DNA from: a bacterium
Lineage (GTDB): Bacteria; UBA8248
Direction: 5' to 3'
NCBI GenBank assembly: GCA_965204535.1
Contig: OZ241996.1
Coordinates: 1,024,001-1,088,000, forward strand
Length of the DNA stretch: 64,000 nt
In this document: positions 21,399-36,427 of the stretch, one piece after another
Numbering within the stretch: the stretch's first letter is position 1
How the letters are laid out: each line of letters starts with the position of its first letter
The notes under the pieces: model-generated
The model's input: only the letters and a program-made list of their open reading frames with translations
Told to the model about the DNA's origin: nothing
The model's database searches: none
Made by a program: the position numbers and the translations under genes

Positions 21399-22232
21399 CT
21401 ACGCGCCACCCATGAGTGAATCCACGGCTCGGACAATTGTCGCGAATTCTTGAGCATCCAGAGTCTCGGCTCGTCGATCGGGGTCGATGTCTGCTCTTTC
21501 AAGGAGGTTTCGAAATGCCTCAGTTTTAGAAGAGGAAAATTCCTTGCCTTTTAACTCGCTGAGATTCAATGACTTGAGATTATTTAGGAGTGTTTTTCTG
21601 CGGTGAGCGAAACCCGCCTGGATGATCCGGAAATAGAGACCCTCATCTCCTACCTCTACTTGGGGCTTCCCTCTCGCCTCTAGACGAACGATCGCGGAGT
21701 CGACCTTTGGTGGTGGCCGAAAAGCGCCCGGGGGCACCACTTGGCATAGCCTCGCCTGATATCGATACCCGACCCAGAGAGTGAGTGAGCCATAATCCTT
21801 GACACCCGGCCCAGCACAAAGCCTCTCGCCCACTTCGCGCTGCACCATCAGAACCATAAGGGGAAAACGTTCAACTTTTTCAGTGAGTTGCGAGATTATC
21901 GCCGAAGCGACCTGGTAGGGCAGATTCGCCACCAATTTCACCTTTTTGGGGAGGGTGGTGTAGTCGATTTCTAATGCGTCGCCGTGAATCAGGTGAAATC
22001 CCTGATGCTCATCCTCCATCTTTTTGAGCGCAGGAATGAGCGTGTCGTCTATCTCTATGCCGTGGACGATGGCGCCGGCGGCGAGGAGGCGCCGCGTGAG
22101 AACGCCTTCGCCGACGCCGATTTCGAGCACGTCCTCACCCGGCGTTATATCCGCCAATTCAATGATTTGTGAGAGATACCTCTTCTCGTGCAGGAAGTGT
22201 TGGCCGAGTTTTTGTCTTGAGCGACGCGCCAT
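21399..22232 (-). CDS. rsmA: 16S rRNA m6,2A dimethyltransferase
   Basis: LGQHFL, VLEIGVGEG.LT, VANLPY, MVQREV, F.PPPKVDSA, RAETL. Confidence 0.96.
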   Translation of the reverse strand: MARRSRQKLGQHFLHEKRYLSQIIELADITPGEDVLEIGVGEGVLTRRLLAAGAIVHGIEIDDTLIPALKKMEDEHQGFHLIHGDALEIDYTTLPKKVKLVANLPYQVASAIISQLTEKVERFPLMVLMVQREVGERLCAGPGVKDYGSLTLWVGYRYQARLCQVVPPGAFRPPPKVDSAIVRLEARGKPQVEVGDEGLYFRIIQAGFAHRRKTLLNNLKSLNLSELKGKEFSSSKTEAFRNLLERADIDPDRRAETLDAQEFATIVRAVDSLMGGA

Positions 22233-22683
22233 GGGAAACCGCTTGTCAGGGGCAGGATAACTGCTTGACTTTGAACGAGTTTTATGAGAGTGTCCCTGGT
22301 GGATCACCCCTCTCGTAATTTACCGGCAATTTATCGAAAAACACCGTGAATTTATCCAATTTTATCGAATTTTTCAGTATTTCCGACCGGCTTTTCAGCG
22401 CCTGAAAATCATCCGCACCCTATCAAAATCGCTCTCGATATTCCAGCCGGATTTCCAGACCCTCGGGAGATGAAAAATCTTCTCCCCCCGGCTGGCATCC
22501 GAGCGGGGGACGTGATAAGGAGGGGGCGGTAAAGTTTGCGCGAAGGCGCCATGAGGGTTTTGCCCCAGAAATTCTTTCGGGGATGACTGGCGTTTGTACT
22601 CTTGAACACAACCGTGATTCCGGCTTTTACCCATACACTCGGCGAACGTAATTTTCGCATGACGAACTGAAGGGGAGCATTGA

Positions 22684-23934
<1,251 letters not shown>

Positions 23935-23957
23935 CCAAAAGGAGGCGGGAGAGAATC

Positions 23958-24887
23958 ATGGCGAGGCCAAAAATCACCATTGTGGGCGCCGGGAACGTAG
24001 GCGCCACGACGGCCCACTGGGCGGCGGCCAGGGAACTGGGCGACATCGTCCTCATCGACATCATCGAGGGAGTGCCCCAGGGCAAGGCGCTTGATCTGTA
24101 TGAAGCGGCGCCCGTGGAGGGTTTCGATTGCCGCATCACGGGCACGAATGACTATGCGGATACGAAGGATTCGGACATCGTCGTCGTCACGGCGGGCGTC
24201 GCCCGCAAGCCGGGCATGAGCCGCGACGACCTCATCAGCATCAACGCCGGCATCGTCGGCTCCGTGACGGACGAGGTCGTAAAACAATCGCCCGATTGCA
24301 TCCTGATCATCGTCTCGAACCCGCTCGACGTCATGGTCACCAAGGCGCACATGCAGTGCGAGTTCCCGCGCGAGCGCATCATGGGGATGGCCGGCGTGCT
24401 CGACAGCGCGCGCTTCCGGACGTTCATATCCATGGAACTGGGCGTCTCGGTCGAGGACATCACGGCCACCGTGCTCGGCGGCCACGGAGACAGCATGGTC
24501 CCGCTGCCGAGGTACAGCACGGTCTCGGGCATTCCCATCACGGCGCTCATGGAGCCGGGTCGCATCGAGGCGCTGGTGCAGAGAACGCGCGACGGCGGGG
24601 CGGAAATCGTGAATTACCTCAAAACCGGCAGTGCGTTCTACGCGCCCGGGGCTTCCGTCGTGCAGATGGTGGAATCCATCCTCAAGGACAAGAAGCGGAT
24701 TCTTCCCTGCGCGGCCCTGCTGGATGGCGAATACGGCCAGGAGGGCATTTTCATGGGCGTTCCAGCCAAGCTCGGCGCGGGCGGAATGGAACAGGTCGTG
24801 GAACTCGATCTGACGCCTGAAGAAAAAACGGCGTTCGATAATTCCGCCGATCACGTGCGCGAGTTGATAAAGACCCTCGAAACCTGA
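23958..24887 (+). CDS. mdh: Malate dehydrogenase (LDH-like)
   Basis: [33 protein letters not shown]. Confidence 0.97.
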   Translation: MARPKITIVGAGNVGATTAHWAAARELGDIVLIDIIEGVPQGKALDLYEAAPVEGFDCRITGTNDYADTKDSDIVVVTAGVARKPGMSRDDLISINAGIVGSVTDEVVKQSPDCILIIVSNPLDVMVTKAHMQCEFPRERIMGMAGVLDSARFRTFISMELGVSVEDITATVLGGHGDSMVPLPRYSTVSGIPITALMEPGRIEALVQRTRDGGAEIVNYLKTGSAFYAPGASVVQMVESILKDKKRILPCAALLDGEYGQEGIFMGVPAKLGAGGMEQVVELDLTPEEKTAFDNSADHVRELIKTLET

Positions 24888-24927
24888 ACGCGTCGTTCAT
24901 AGACGACCGGCAACGGACAGGCGGGCC

Positions 24928-25770
24928 ATGCGAACGATAGACGCAAGCGAGGTGACGGCCAGGATTCGCGAGATGTCCATCGAGTCGAACTACCACGTCG
25001 ACCCCGCCTACGTACGCAAGGTCGAAGAGGCGAAGGCCGGTGAAACCTCGTCTTTGGGCCTCATGGTGCTCGATCAGATCACCGAGAATGCGGCCCTCGC
25101 ATCCGCAGAGCGCGTACCCTATTGCCAAGACACGGGCGTTTCCATCGTCTTCGTCGAGGTGGGCCAGGACGTCCGCATCGAGGGCGGGCTGCTGGAAGAC
25201 GCCATCAACGAAGGCATTCGCCGGGGCTATCGCGACGGCTATCTGCGCGGCTCGGTGGTAAACGATCCGCTCCGGCGCGTGAACACCAGGGACAATACGC
25301 CCGCTGTCATCCACTACCGCGTGGTCGAGGGCGATCGCCTCAAACTCTATTTCGCCGCCAAGGGAACGGGGGCGGAAAACATGAGCATTGCGCGCATGCT
25401 CAAACCCTCGGACGGCAGAGAGGGCGTCATCCGCACCATCGTCGATCACGTTTTCAATTCCGGGGGGAATCCCTGCCCGCCGGTTCTGTTGGGGGTCGGT
25501 CTGGGCGGCTCGATTGAAAAGGCGGCGCTACAGGCGAAATGGGCGCTTTTCCGTGAACTGGGCGCGCCCAACCCCGACCCGCTCGTGGCCGAACTCGAAG
25601 GGGATATTCTGGAAGCGGTGAACAAGACCGGCGTGGGGCCGATGGGCATGGGCGGAGACACCACCTGCATCGCCGTGCACGTCGAGACCTACGCCTGCCA
25701 CATCGGAGCGCTTCCGATCTGCGTGAACGTGGAGTGCCACGCGCACCGCCACGCCGAGGTGGTACTCTAG
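24928..25770 (+). CDS. Class I fumarate hydratase, alpha subunit (Fe-S hydro-lyase)
   Basis: PYCQDTG, KG.GAENMS, NPCPP, GPMGMGG, CHI..LP, C.AHR. The TCA context favours fumarase over tartrate dehydratase. Confidence 0.9.
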   Translation: MRTIDASEVTARIREMSIESNYHVDPAYVRKVEEAKAGETSSLGLMVLDQITENAALASAERVPYCQDTGVSIVFVEVGQDVRIEGGLLEDAINEGIRRGYRDGYLRGSVVNDPLRRVNTRDNTPAVIHYRVVEGDRLKLYFAAKGTGAENMSIARMLKPSDGREGVIRTIVDHVFNSGGNPCPPVLLGVGLGGSIEKAALQAKWALFRELGAPNPDPLVAELEGDILEAVNKTGVGPMGMGGDTTCIAVHVETYACHIGALPICVNVECHAHRHAEVVL

Positions 25771-25771
25771 G

Positions 25772-26317
25772 ATGCAGTCGATTAACCTCCCGCTCGATTC
25801 TGAGGTTGTGGAATCCCTCTCGATGGGGGATATGTGCGAGTTGAGCGGCGTCCTCTACACGGCGCGCGACGCGGCCCACAAGCGGATGCTGGAGGACGCG
25901 GCGCGCGGAGAGCCCCTGCCCATCGACGTGGCGGGCCAAGTGCTCTACTACGTGGGGCCGACGCCACCCAAGCCGGGCGCCGTCATCGGCTCGGCGGGAC
26001 CCACGACGAGCGGCCGCATGGACGCCTATACGCCCAGGATGCTGGAATTAGGCCTCACCGGAATGATAGGCAAGGGGGGCAGGAGCCCGGCGGTCGTGGA
26101 GGCCATCGCCGAACACCGCGCCGTCTACTTCGCCGCCATCGGCGGTACGGCCGCCCTGCTGGCGAAGCGGATCAAGGAGGTCGAACTCATCGCCTATGAG
26201 GATTTGGGGACCGAGGCGATTCGAAGACTCGTGGTCGAGAGGTTTCCGGTCGTGGTCGCGGTGGACAGCCGCGGGAAGGATATTTTCGCCGAAGGTTACA
26301 AGGCGTTTGCCAGATAA
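25772..26317 (+). CDS. Class I fumarate hydratase, beta subunit
   Basis: TARDAAHKR, GSAGPTTSGRMD, MIGKG, DLGTEAI. Confidence 0.9.
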   Translation: MQSINLPLDSEVVESLSMGDMCELSGVLYTARDAAHKRMLEDAARGEPLPIDVAGQVLYYVGPTPPKPGAVIGSAGPTTSGRMDAYTPRMLELGLTGMIGKGGRSPAVVEAIAEHRAVYFAAIGGTAALLAKRIKEVELIAYEDLGTEAIRRLVVERFPVVVAVDSRGKDIFAEGYKAFAR

Positions 26318-26392
26318 AGTTCGCCCGGGCGTTTCGGTCTTGACGTTCTTGGCGCGATTTTCAGGGATTGATGTAATCACTTCCCCCTTTGG

Positions 26393-26662
26393 GGAGTTGT
26401 TGAAAACTCGTGATTTCATGATTCGGCATTTGTAGCCGATCGCGGAGGAAGAGAATTCACTCCCCCCTTGAGGGGGAGTCACAGAGGCCGAGCGGTTTGT
26501 GCGATGGCCGATGTGGTGGGGGGTAAAATGCGTTCTATCGGCATTCCGAATTATACCCCCCACCGAATCGCTTGCGGGCTTACGCCCTTAGCTCTTCGAC
26601 TCCCCCTCAAGGGGGGGAGTGAAAAGTAGCGCGCTCCGTGTGTGGGCTTTTTCAACATACCC
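26393..26662. mobile_element. Second copy of the IS1182-ended MITE seen at 1890-2179
   Basis: Ends GGAGTTGTTGAAAA and TTTTTCAACATACCC. Interior 26459-26660 is near-identical to 1957-2177. No clear target duplication. Confidence 0.65.
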
Positions 26663-26852
26663 CCCAAGAGGGGAATGAGAGAAACCTGAGCGGGAGAGAG
26701 TGGTTTTGCAAAAGGAGTTATAAATTTACCTGGTCGCAGCTTTATGAATTGACTTATAAAAGGGCTGTGTGAACCGAAGTATGATGACTTTCATTTGTGC
26801 TTGAAGGTTCAGCGTTGAAATGTATTCATCGCATTGATTCTGGAGGGGTTGG

Positions 26853-28013
26853 ATGAACATCCACGAGTATCAGGGCAAGGAGTTGCTCGCGAAATACGGC
26901 GTGGCCGTCCCGAGGGGCGGAGTCGCCGAGACGGCGGAAGAGGCCGAGCGCATCGCCAAGGAACTGGGCGGGACGGTGGTCGTCAAGGCGCAAATCCACG
27001 CGGGCGGACGAGGCAAGGGAGGCGGCGTCAAGCTGGCCGGGACGCCTGCGGAGGCGAAAGAGGCGGCCTCGCAGATTCTGGGGATGACGCTGGTGACGCA
27101 CCAGACGGGTCCGGAAGGCCGCCTCGTCAAGAAGGTATGGGTGGAGGAGGCGAGCGACATCGAGCGCGAGTTGTATCTCGGGGTCGTGCTCGACCGCGCT
27201 ACGGGCCGCCCCACCGTCATGGCGAGCACCGAGGGCGGGATGGACATCGAGGAGGTGGCCGCGAAAACGCCCGAAAAACTCCTGAAGGTTCCCATCGACC
27301 CGGCGCTCTCCGTCTGGCCTTCGACCGCGCGCCGCGTGGCCTACGGGCTGGATTTACCCACCGACCTCGTCCGCGAGGGGACGAAGTTCGTCACGAACCT
27401 CTACCGGTTCTACGACGAGATGGACGCCTCGCTGGTCGAGATCAATCCCCTGGTGCAGACGAAAGACGGTCGCATTCTGGCGCTCGACGCGAAGGTGAAC
27501 TTCGACGACAACGCGCTCTACCGCCACGAGGAGGTGGCCGGGATGCGCGATGAGGATGAAGAGGACCCGCTCGAAGTCGAGGCCTCCAAATTCAACCTCA
27601 ACTACATCAAGCTCGACGGCTCGGTGGCCTGCATGGTGAACGGCGCGGGCCTCGCCATGGCGACGATGGACATCATCAAGCTCGCGGGCGCAGCGCCGGC
27701 GAACTTCCTCGACGTGGGCGGCGGCGCGAGCAAGGAGATGGTGGAGAACGCCTTCCGCATCCTCATGGACGATACGGACGTGAAGGCCGTCTTCATCAAC
27801 ATATTCGGCGGCATCCTGCGCTGCGACATTCTGGCGGAGGGCGTCGTGGAGGCGGTCAAGACCGTGAACGTGAACGTCCCCATCATCATCCGCATGGAGG
27901 GGACGAACGTGGAGAAGGGCCGCGAGATTCTCGAAGGCTCGGGTCTCGATTTCACCGTGGGCAATGGCATGGCCGATTCCGCCGAAAAGGTGGTAGCGGC
28001 CCTTAACCGCTAG
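26853..28013 (+). CDS. sucC: Succinyl-CoA synthetase beta subunit
   Basis: [43 protein letters not shown]. Confidence 0.98.
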   Translation: MNIHEYQGKELLAKYGVAVPRGGVAETAEEAERIAKELGGTVVVKAQIHAGGRGKGGGVKLAGTPAEAKEAASQILGMTLVTHQTGPEGRLVKKVWVEEASDIERELYLGVVLDRATGRPTVMASTEGGMDIEEVAAKTPEKLLKVPIDPALSVWPSTARRVAYGLDLPTDLVREGTKFVTNLYRFYDEMDASLVEINPLVQTKDGRILALDAKVNFDDNALYRHEEVAGMRDEDEEDPLEVEASKFNLNYIKLDGSVACMVNGAGLAMATMDIIKLAGAAPANFLDVGGGASKEMVENAFRILMDDTDVKAVFINIFGGILRCDILAEGVVEAVKTVNVNVPIIIRMEGTNVEKGREILEGSGLDFTVGNGMADSAEKVVAALNR

Positions 28014-28024
28014 GGGGTCTGGTT

Positions 28025-28921
28025 TTGAGTATTCTGGTTGACAAGGAGACGCGCATCCTCGTGCAGGGCATAACCGGGCGCGAGGGAGGCTTTCACGCCG
28101 GGCAATGCCAAAAATACAGCCGCGAGTTCGCGGGCGGCGGCGGCGCGGTGGTGGCCGGCGTGACGCCCGGCAAGGGCGGGCAGGAGGCGGACAGTGTGCC
28201 CGTGTTCAACACGGTGGCCGATGCGGCCCGCGAGACAGGCGCGAACGCCTCGCTCATCTTCGTGCCGCCCCCGTTCGCGGCGGACGCCATCGTCGAGTCC
28301 GTAGACGCCGGGCTCCCCCTCGTGGTGTGCATCACCGAGGGCATCCCGGTGCGCGACATGGTGTACGTAAAGCGCCACATTGAGGATAGCGGCGCCGTGC
28401 TCATCGGCCCCAACTGCCCGGGCGTCATCACGCCCGGCGGCTGCAAGATGGGCATCATGCCGGGCCACATTCACAAGGAAGGCACCATCGGCGTCATCTC
28501 GAAAAGCGGCACGCTCACCTACGAGGTCGTCGCCCAGCTTACCGAGCAGGGCCTGGGCCAGACCACCTGCGTCGGCATCGGCGGTGACCCCATTATCGGC
28601 ACGATGTATATCGACCTCTTGCGCATGTTCGAGGACGACCCGAAGACCGAGGCCATCATCATGATCGGCGAGATCGGCGGCACCGCCGAGCAGGACGCGG
28701 CGCGCTGGGCGAAGGAGAACGTATCGAAGCCGCTCGTGGGCTTCATCGCGGGCCAGACGGCTCCTCCGGGCCGGCGGATGGGCCACGCGGGCGCGATTAT
28801 CTCGGGCGGCGAAGGCACCGCGGCCGAGAAGATGCGGGTCATGTCCGAATGCGGGATTCACGTCACCGAAAGCCCGGCCGAGATGGGCCTCACCATGGCC
28901 AAGGCGCTGGGCAAGGCATAA
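28025..28921 (+). CDS. sucD: Succinyl-CoA synthetase alpha subunit
   Basis: [28 protein letters not shown]. Confidence 0.98.
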   Translation: MSILVDKETRILVQGITGREGGFHAGQCQKYSREFAGGGGAVVAGVTPGKGGQEADSVPVFNTVADAARETGANASLIFVPPPFAADAIVESVDAGLPLVVCITEGIPVRDMVYVKRHIEDSGAVLIGPNCPGVITPGGCKMGIMPGHIHKEGTIGVISKSGTLTYEVVAQLTEQGLGQTTCVGIGGDPIIGTMYIDLLRMFEDDPKTEAIIMIGEIGGTAEQDAARWAKENVSKPLVGFIAGQTAPPGRRMGHAGAIISGGEGTAAEKMRVMSECGIHVTESPAEMGLTMAKALGKA

Positions 28922-28948
28922 CGTCATACACGGGAAGGGAAAGGACAC

Positions 28949-29371
28949 ATGGAACGCACGTTCGCGATGATTAAACCCGACGCCACCGCGCGCGGCATTA
29001 GCGGCAGGATTCTCTCGCGCATCGAGGAGGAGGGTTTCGGGATTCTGGGCATGAGGCTCGTCCACATGTCGAAAGCGCAGGCCGAGGGTTTTTACGCCGT
29101 TCACAGGGAGCGCCCCTTCTTCGGCGATCTCACGACGTTCATGTCCTCGGGGCGCACGGTGGTGCTCGCCCTCGAGCGCGAGAACGCCATCAAGCACTGG
29201 CGTGACGTGATGGGCGCCACGAACCCCGCGGAGGCCGAGCCGGGGACGATTCGCGCGGAATTGGGCGAGAGCATCGAGCGCAACTCCACGCACGGCTCCG
29301 ACGCGCCCGATACCGCCGCCTTTGAGTTGGGCTACTGGTTCCCGGGTGTGGAACTGCCCGCATCGGAATAA
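28949..29371 (+). CDS. ndk: Nucleoside diphosphate kinase
   Basis: [27 protein letters not shown]. Confidence 0.98.
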   Translation: MERTFAMIKPDATARGISGRILSRIEEEGFGILGMRLVHMSKAQAEGFYAVHRERPFFGDLTTFMSSGRTVVLALERENAIKHWRDVMGATNPAEAEPGTIRAELGESIERNSTHGSDAPDTAAFELGYWFPGVELPASE

Positions 29372-29407
29372 GATTCTTGGACCAGAAACATCGGGAGATG
29401 TCATAAA

Positions 29408-30181
29408 ATGCGTTTGAAGGATAAAGTCGCTATTGTCACGGGGGCGGGGCAGGGAATCGGAAAAGTCATCGCGCTCACGTTCGCGCGCGAAGGTGCGAAG
29501 GTGGTACTCGCCGCGCGCTCGGTCGCAAACCTGGAGGCCACCGCCGCCGAGATGCCCGAGGGTGCCTCTCTCGTCGCGCCTACGGACTTGACGGACGAAG
29601 CAGCGATAAAGGCTCTCGTCGAGAGGACGCTCGCCGAGTACGGGACCATCGACATCCTCGTGAACAACTCCGGCGTCGCCGGCCCCACGAAGGCGTGCGA
29701 GGACGTGACGCGCGAGGATTGGGAGGAGTGCTTCGACGTGAACGTCACGGGCACGTTCCTGATGACGAAGCACGTCATCCCCACGATGAAGAAAAACAGA
29801 TACGGGCGCATCCTCAACATCAGTTCGATGAGCGGCAAGCGGCCCCTGCCGAACCGCACGCCCTATACGGCGTCCAAGATGGCGGTCATCGGCTTGACGC
29901 GCACCCTCGCGTTCGAACTCGGCGAATACGGCGTCACGGTGAACGCGGTGTGCCCGGGAGCCACATCGGGCCCCAGGATCGACAGCGTCATCGAGAACAT
30001 GGCGCAGAGCTTTGGCACCTCCTTCGAGGAGGCGAAGGCGACCTTCACTGCGCCGGCGGCCCTAAAAACGCTCGTCGATGCGGAGGATCACGCCGCCTTG
30101 TGCGTTTTCCTGGCTTCCGAGGAGGCCGCTCACATGACCGCCCAGGACATCAACGTGACGGGCGGGCTCATCTTTTACTAG
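29408..30181 (+). CDS. Short-chain dehydrogenase/reductase
   Basis: TGAGQGIG, LVNNSG, YTASK. Confidence 0.93.
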   Translation: MRLKDKVAIVTGAGQGIGKVIALTFAREGAKVVLAARSVANLEATAAEMPEGASLVAPTDLTDEAAIKALVERTLAEYGTIDILVNNSGVAGPTKACEDVTREDWEECFDVNVTGTFLMTKHVIPTMKKNRYGRILNISSMSGKRPLPNRTPYTASKMAVIGLTRTLAFELGEYGVTVNAVCPGATSGPRIDSVIENMAQSFGTSFEEAKATFTAPAALKTLVDAEDHAALCVFLASEEAAHMTAQDINVTGGLIFY

Positions 30182-30239
30182 CCCGCTCATCGCCTCGCAT
30201 TCGGGAGGCCCCGCGCGGAGGCGCGCGCCGGGAGAGCAC

Positions 30240-33104
<2,865 letters not shown>

Positions 33105-33109
33105 CCTCC

Positions 33110-33916
33110 TTGCCGATGAACGCCGAAGACACCCGCTGCCTCGTCCTGTGGATAGAATACGAGGGCACGAATTTTCACGGTTGGCAGACCCAGCCCGGCC
33201 AGAGGACCGTCCAGAGCGAAATAGAGGCCGCGCTTTTGAGGATGTGCGGCGAGCCGATACGGATCATCGGTTCGGGCCGCACCGACGCCGGCGTGCACGC
33301 CTGGGGGCAGGTGGCGCACTTTCATACGCGCTCTCGAATCGAGCCCTACAAGGTGCGAATAGGTCTCAACACCATGATGGGTCCCGACGTCTCGATTTTC
33401 GACTGCCGGGAAGCCGTGGGCGGTTTTCACGCCCAGTTCGACGCTGTTCGCAAGACCTACCGCTACCGGATCCTGAACCGCCGCTCACCGAGCGCCATCC
33501 GCCATCGATACACCTGGCACGTGCGAAAGCGCCTCGACGTCGAGGCGATGCGGCGGGCGGCGGCGATACTGGAGGGCGAGCATGATTTCGCCAGCTTCTG
33601 CCGGGAGAAGGGGAGGCCCGAGGACACCGTGCGCCGCTTGGAGCACCTGGGCGTGGAGCGCGCGGGTGATGAGGTGGTCATCGAGGCGACGGCGGAAGGG
33701 TTTCTGCGTCACATGGTGAGAAACCTGGCCGGCGTCCTCGTGGAGGTGGGCCGCGGGGAGCGCGAAGCCGATTCCGTGCGGGAGGTCCTCGCCGGCAGGG
33801 ACAGGACGCTGGCGGGCGTCAACGCGCCGCCCCAGGGGCTGGCGCTGCTCAGCGTGGACTATGGCGAGAAGCTGCCGCCCGAGTCCGCGCCGGGGCCCGA
33901 GGAAACCGACGCTTGA
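33110..33916 (+). CDS. truA: tRNA pseudouridine(38-40) synthase
   Basis: YEGTNFHGWQ, GRTDAGVHA, GEHDFASF, FLRHMVR, APPQGL. Confidence 0.97.
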   Translation: MPMNAEDTRCLVLWIEYEGTNFHGWQTQPGQRTVQSEIEAALLRMCGEPIRIIGSGRTDAGVHAWGQVAHFHTRSRIEPYKVRIGLNTMMGPDVSIFDCREAVGGFHAQFDAVRKTYRYRILNRRSPSAIRHRYTWHVRKRLDVEAMRRAAAILEGEHDFASFCREKGRPEDTVRRLEHLGVERAGDEVVIEATAEGFLRHMVRNLAGVLVEVGRGEREADSVREVLAGRDRTLAGVNAPPQGLALLSVDYGEKLPPESAPGPEETDA

Positions 33917-34021
33917 CCAAATTTCCAAAAATTGGGTATCTTCAATCCAGTTTTGAATTTTCTTTTTGAGGTAGCAGCGAATGAGAGTTTATGAAAAATT
34001 AAGGGAGGCTTGGCCCTGGCG

Positions 34022-34123
34022 ATGCTCCGCCAAATCTGGAGGTGCGCCATAAGGGTTGTTGTCTGAATTTTTGAAAGTGAATCCCCAAGCCATGGCGGCC
34101 TGTTCGGTCCCGTGGCTTTTTTT
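34022..34123 (+). promoter_or_regulatory. Candidate trp attenuator (leader peptide plus terminator)
   Basis: Short ORF 34022-34066 MLRQIWRCAIRVVV* after GGGAGG. Terminator hairpin at 34087-34123 with a T7 run, upstream of trpE. Confidence 0.5.
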
Positions 34124-34152
34124 GATGGAGGATAGGCATCGGGCGTAAGACG

Positions 34153-35688
34153 ATGCCTCGAATGAAAATGAACCCGGAAAATCATTTGCCGGACAAAGAG
34201 ACTTTTCTCCGCCTCTGCGAGCGGGGCAACATCATTCCGGTCTATCGCGAGATACTTGCCGATCTCGATACGCCGGTGTCGGCCTACCTGAAAATCGCAG
34301 ACGGCTCCCATTCGTTTCTGCTCGAAAGCGTCGAGGGCGGGGAGAAATGGGCGAGGTACACCTTTTTGGGAAGCGAGCCTTACCTTATCTTCGAGAGCAA
34401 GGGGAGGCGGGTCCGCATCACGCAGGAGGGGGAGACCGAAGAATTTAGCGTGGACGACCCCATCGACGCTCTCAGGCAGCTGATTCAGCCCTACATCCCC
34501 GTCGACCTTCCCGGCCTGCCGAGGTTCTGGGGGGGCGCCATCGGCTACATGGGCTACGACGCGGTCCGCTTCATCGAGCGTTTGCCGGAGAATGCGCACG
34601 ACGATCTCGAACTGCCTGAACTGCATTTCATGATCACGAAGTCCCTGGTCATCTTCGACAACACCGCGCAGAAGATGTACGTCCTGGCCCATGCGCACTT
34701 GCGCGACGATGGCGCAGACGCCGCCTACGAGGATGCCTGCGCGCGCGTCGATGCGCTCATCGAAAAGCTGAGAGGCCCTTCCGTCGCCCCGCCCTATGCG
34801 CCGGAGGAAACGCCCCCCGGTGGCGGGAGTGGGCACCCCGTCGAGAACATGCCGGGTCTCTATTCGTCTTTCACGCGCGAGGGGTTCGAGAAGGTCGTCG
34901 CCGATACGGTGGAACTCATCCATTCAGGCGAGGCGATCCAGGTCGTGCTCTCACAACGTCTGGAGAGCGCTCTCGACGTGCACCCGTTCGCCATCTACCG
35001 GGCGCTTCGGACGGTCAATCCCTCTCCCTACATGTTCTATCTGGAACTCGGCGAGGTGACCCTCGTGGGCGCATCGCCCGAGGTGCTCGTGCGGCTGGAG
35101 GGGGAGCGGGTCGAGGTGCGCCCCATCGCCGGCACGCGCAGGCGCGGGGCGGATGAAGCGGAGGATCGGGCGCTGGCGGATGAGCTCCTCGCCGACGAGA
35201 AGGAGCGCGCCGAGCACATCATGCTCGTCGATCTCGGCCGCAACGACATCGGCCGCGTCTGCGAGCGCGGCACGGTGCGCGTCACCGAGCAGATGGTGAT
35301 CGAGCGCTACTCCCACGTCATGCACATCGTGAGCAACGTGGTCGGCGAGTTGGCCGAGGGCAAGGATGCGTTCGACGTGCTCAGGGCCTCTTTTCCGGCA
35401 GGCACCGTCTCGGGCGCGCCCAAGGTGCGCGCGATGGAGATCATCGACGAGATGGAGCCCGTGCGCCGGGGACCCTATTCGGGCGCGGTGGGGTATTTCG
35501 GCTTCGGCGGCAACATGGACACCTGCATCACCATCCGCACGCTCTACGCGCGCAGCGGCAGGCTCTACCTCCAGGTGGGAGCGGGCGTCGTGGCGGACTC
35601 GAAGCCCGGTTTCGAGTACGAGGAAACCATCAACAAGGCCCGGGGGTCACTGCGCGCGCTGGACGTGGCGCGCGGCGGCCTCCCCTAG
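34153..35688 (+). CDS. trpE: Anthranilate synthase component I
   Basis: DTPVSAY, LLESVEGG, NPSPYM, PIAGTR.RG, EHIMLVDLGRND, GTVSGAPK. Confidence 0.97.
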   Translation: MPRMKMNPENHLPDKETFLRLCERGNIIPVYREILADLDTPVSAYLKIADGSHSFLLESVEGGEKWARYTFLGSEPYLIFESKGRRVRITQEGETEEFSVDDPIDALRQLIQPYIPVDLPGLPRFWGGAIGYMGYDAVRFIERLPENAHDDLELPELHFMITKSLVIFDNTAQKMYVLAHAHLRDDGADAAYEDACARVDALIEKLRGPSVAPPYAPEETPPGGGSGHPVENMPGLYSSFTREGFEKVVADTVELIHSGEAIQVVLSQRLESALDVHPFAIYRALRTVNPSPYMFYLELGEVTLVGASPEVLVRLEGERVEVRPIAGTRRRGADEAEDRALADELLADEKERAEHIMLVDLGRNDIGRVCERGTVRVTEQMVIERYSHVMHIVSNVVGELAEGKDAFDVLRASFPAGTVSGAPKVRAMEIIDEMEPVRRGPYSGAVGYFGFGGNMDTCITIRTLYARSGRLYLQVGAGVVADSKPGFEYEETINKARGSLRALDVARGGLP

Positions 35689-35703
35689 GGCGGAGAACCC
35701 GAC

Positions 35704-36288
<585 letters not shown>

Positions 36289-36427
36289 GGGAATCCGCGC
36301 GGACGCGGTATGGTGGCCCCGAATCGGTGATAATCGCGCACATGATTTCGGGGCGGGCGTGCAGCGCAGGGACCGCTATTGAGCGGGAATGAATGAAGAC
36401 TCCACCACTTTATAAGGATTTACGCAC

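Noticed and set aside
22315-22390. AT-rich region with TTATCC-like motifs as a possible replication origin
   Set aside because: It has no good TTATCCACA boxes (best match is 7/9) and no dnaA/dnaN context.
34001-34123. T-box riboswitch upstream of trpE
   Set aside because: There is no TGGNACC T-box bulge motif or stem I features. A leader-peptide model fits better.
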